The position numbers were made by a program, and so were the translations under genes. A stretch of 60,701 nucleotides of DNA from Bigelowiella natans CCMP2755 (taxonomy: Eukaryota > Protista > Cercozoa), in assembly GCA_000320545.1 (NCBI GenBank), contig ADNK01000576.1, positions 1 to 60,701 of the forward strand, read 5' to 3'. Shown here piece after piece: positions 57,682 through 60,701 of this stretch (its first letter is position 1; each line of letters starts with the position of its first letter). Below the pieces are notes generated by a model. That model made no database searches. It saw only the letters and a program-made list of their open reading frames with translations, and was not told where the DNA came from.

Positions 57682-60568
57682 ATGACCATGGCGTTCGGTA
57701 TGCTTACGACTCTGCTCTACCTCATGAGCGCGAACGCCCTGCTCAATGCCAACCTAACTGCTCCGAAGAAGCATTACAAAGTCGGCGCTTACTACAACGG
57801 AGGATATAAGGTTACTTCGGAGCTGTTGCGAGAGACGAGCAATATGTGCTCGTGTGTTCAGTTGCTTTATGACTTGCGATGATAGAGCTATACTTATTCA
57901 GGACAGAACTTTGATGTATGCGAGATTCCGGTCTACTTTCGATACCTATCTCACGGTGAGTTTAATTGCCATATATAAAGTCTCGTTGGAGCTAATTGCC
58001 TATAGATCTTTGACAGAAAATGATATGTGTTTTTATCCGCGCGCGATTTCAATCCTCTTGTCCTGATGCTTTCCCCCTTTTTTGGCATAATCAGAACACC
58101 GTCGGACCAATGTTTTCAAATAACATCACGTTCACCCTTGTGGCAATGAACGAGACGGTGATGATCACGGCCATCCAAAACAAAACTATCGACTTCGTGC
58201 TGGCAGACCCCGCAGCCATCTCGTGTTTTCAGACAGAGTTTGAGATCGCGCCACTCTCCACTTTACGGAGCTTTCGAACAGGCACGGGGTTAAAGAAGAA
58301 CGGGGGTACTTCCAACAAACCTCAGAGACATATGTCATGTAGACTTCATGCAGCTGAGATTCTCCCGTCAATGCCATCCGAAACTGAGTAGACTCAGGTT
58401 TCTCTTACGCGTCTTTGCATCGTTCATCTGCATACAAACCGTCCCTTAACCGTCTCAACAACCACCCTTTGGCTGTAGGTACTGTGTTCATCAAAAGCAC
58501 GAATGCAGGAATTCCAGAGGCTCGAAATTTCTCGGGCAAAATAGTTGCATTGGAGACCCTTGCGACCTCTAGCGGAGGCCAATTGCAGTGGGAGGCGCTA
58601 GAACTGGAAGGGGTTCACCTATTGACGGATGCAAAGCAGCTTCGTTTCGTCCAGGACGATGAATCGATCGTGGATGCAGTCGCGTTTGGAACCGCTGACA
58701 TCGGCTTCATTGGCGGTGGCGCGCTCGAATCAATGGGAGATACTGGGAGGATAAACATCTCCGACTTCACTGTTATCCACAGGTACAATAGGCTGTAACG
58801 AGCTCGAATTTAATAGAGAGAAAGAAGATGGTTATCGCAAGCGATTCGTGTCGGAGATAACTTGGATTTTGAAGCCCGAGAATCCCCTTTATGTAACTTG
58901 GATGAACAACTTTGCTGTTGAGGGTTGAGAGATTGTTCTTGGTACTGTTGGGGACGGACGATTTTTTTGGGAAAGTAAATCATACTGCCCATGGACATGT
59001 GGCTTTACATCCCCAATTTAACTATCTCCCTTATTCTTCAGGATAAATAACACATACGAGGATGCGGAATTTCCTTTCACGGTCAGCACACAGCTGGTGC
59101 CATACTGGGGCCTCGCGATGTTGAAAGACACTGACTGGCACGTCGCCGAGTACATAACGGATGGGCTTTACTCCCTTGATGCGGACAGCGTCTACGCTCG
59201 AGATGGAAACTACTCCTTCTGGCAGCCGCCCCTTTCTTATAGCCATATTCGCGACGTGCATGAGAAGTACTAAGGCATTATCATGTGTGGCGATTAGGGT
59301 GTTGTGAATCATTATAGAAAGGATTGCGGTGGTGGTGGGGAGAGTAACGAATTTTACCAAATTCTTTGTTATTTCCTCTCCCACTCCACCTCCTTCATAT
59401 CAGGCTCGGATACTTGCACGAAATTCCTAGCACCGACCACTACCAGTGTATGCGCGCAACGAATATCTACGAGCAACTAGTGTGCCCCTCTGGCTTTGTC
59501 AAACGCACTCCTGATGAGATCAATGCGACATGCTCGACTTATATAGAGTCGGAGTCCAGGTGAGTTCTCTCATAAAACCTGAAAATAGTTGGTAGTAGGA
59601 TGCGGGGAGATGAAGGACTCGCGAATGAAAAGGGGAGAGAACAGTCTGGCTGTGCTTCCACCGCCCTGTTAGAATCTCGTTGCGAATGATTTTTTTTAAA
59701 AAATATCATAAATGTTGATGGCAGGTTCATATGTCCCTCTGGCTTTGAGTGTTTCTGTACTCCCTGCCGTGCCGCTTCGGTTGTAGAGCTCACGCATCAG
59801 GGCGTAACGTGTAAACGAATGGGTTTCTGCGCCACGTTCAAGCAGCTGGAGACCGTGGAGATTGATGTATCCAAAATTTAGTGTTTTCTATCATGAAATA
59901 ATATTATCAACCATCATCACATATTGTTGCAAGAGAAAAGGAATAAAAATACTGATCAATGATTCTGTCCCAATTCTCCAATTTCTGCTTTCATATCTAC
60001 CCCCCCCCCCCCCCCCGGCTTGCAAATCATGTAGAAGCCTATTCGTTTTCGTCTTATCTCATGTTCTTATTAACCTAACACAATTATGTTTAATACTCCT
60101 CAGGTCTACGACCATAGCCCATTCCCAGCACCGATAACCTACCGCATGCACCGAGTCAACCCGATCCTGTAGTACCCTTATATCGTGGATACATACCCTA
60201 TCCACATAGATGCATGGAGGAGGAATAAATGGGAGTATTCACCATCAAATGTTATCTTCTCATTCCATCCGTTGAACCGCCATTGGCCTGCTTTCCCCCC
60301 TTCCCTTTCTTCGCCTTCCCGAATAAACTAACTCGCTGAGTTGCAGCTTTCTGGACGGTGGGGCCGCACAAAGCTCGGCCAATGTCCAGAAGTACACAAT
60401 CGCGCTCTCGGAGTCGGAACGAGGCTCGCACATTCTTGAAATCTTCCGCAACGGCGAGCAGGTCGTGGATTCCCCTGTGCTCATCCAGGTCAACAGCCGC
60501 GAGTGTGTAGGCAGCCTCGAACCTGACGACGCTGGGAACTGCATCCAGTACGATTTCCAGAAGTTCAT
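57682..60568 (+). CDS. Signal-peptide protein with a PhnD/phosphonate-binding (type 2 periplasmic-binding fold) ectodomain and a Cys-rich region; probable receptor, continues beyond the window
   Basis: MTMAFGMLTTLLYLMSANA leader, then YARFRSTFDTYLT, IDFVLADPAAISCFQTEF, FSGKIVALETLATSSGGQLQW, IVDAVAFGTADIGFIGGGALE, FPFTVSTQLVPYWGLA, WQPPLSYSHIRDV, CMRATNIYEQLVCPSGF and CPSGFECFCTPC. Any catalytic domain is not visible in the window. Confidence 0.75.
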
Positions 60569-60701
60569 AATGTTCTATATTGTATTCGGCTTCCTACCGG
60601 TAATGCAGTGAACCACTACAAATTGTTAAAATTGAGGGAGGTGGGGTTGGGGGGGGGGGGGGGGGGGGGGGGGGAGAAAAAAAAAGGGGGGAAAAAAAAA
60701 A

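Overview
Eukaryotic (protist/algal-type) nuclear DNA with many short exons and introns saturated with microsatellites ((TA)n, (CA)n, (GA)n, (CAT)n, (TAG)n, poly-C/G). Most ORFs in the supplied track are repeat or antisense artefacts, so I rebuilt the genes by hand from splice sites. In order they are: a 5'-truncated ~15 kb Kp43/TagC-type subtilisin (S8) type-I membrane protease with a Thr/Pro mucin stalk (+); a frameshifted, intronless MADS-box-like relic (+); a TPR-like gene (-); a coiled-coil gene (-); a ~1,000-aa orphan secreted/membrane protein with a 2.5 kb terminal exon (+); a ZnT5/Msc2-like CDF zinc transporter with a very large His-rich insert in its C-terminal domain (-); a doubtful, possibly pseudogenised gene (-); a multi-TM hypothetical protein (-); an NRT2 nitrate transporter (-); and a divergently transcribed receptor with a PhnD-like periplasmic-binding ectodomain (+, 3'-truncated). 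The most striking signal is not a gene. Five patches of 0.6-1.6 kb (about 18.2-19.8, 27.6-28.5, 32.4-33.5, 49.3-50.0 and 52.5-53.7 kb) have almost no TpA, are rich in TpG/CpA, and keep their CpG. The few surviving TpA sit mostly in CTAG. This pattern fits a local, context-specific A:T->G:C hypermutation (TAH->TGH on either strand) acting on relic or foreign DNA, the opposite polarity to fungal RIP. All counts are by eye and exon boundaries are manual.
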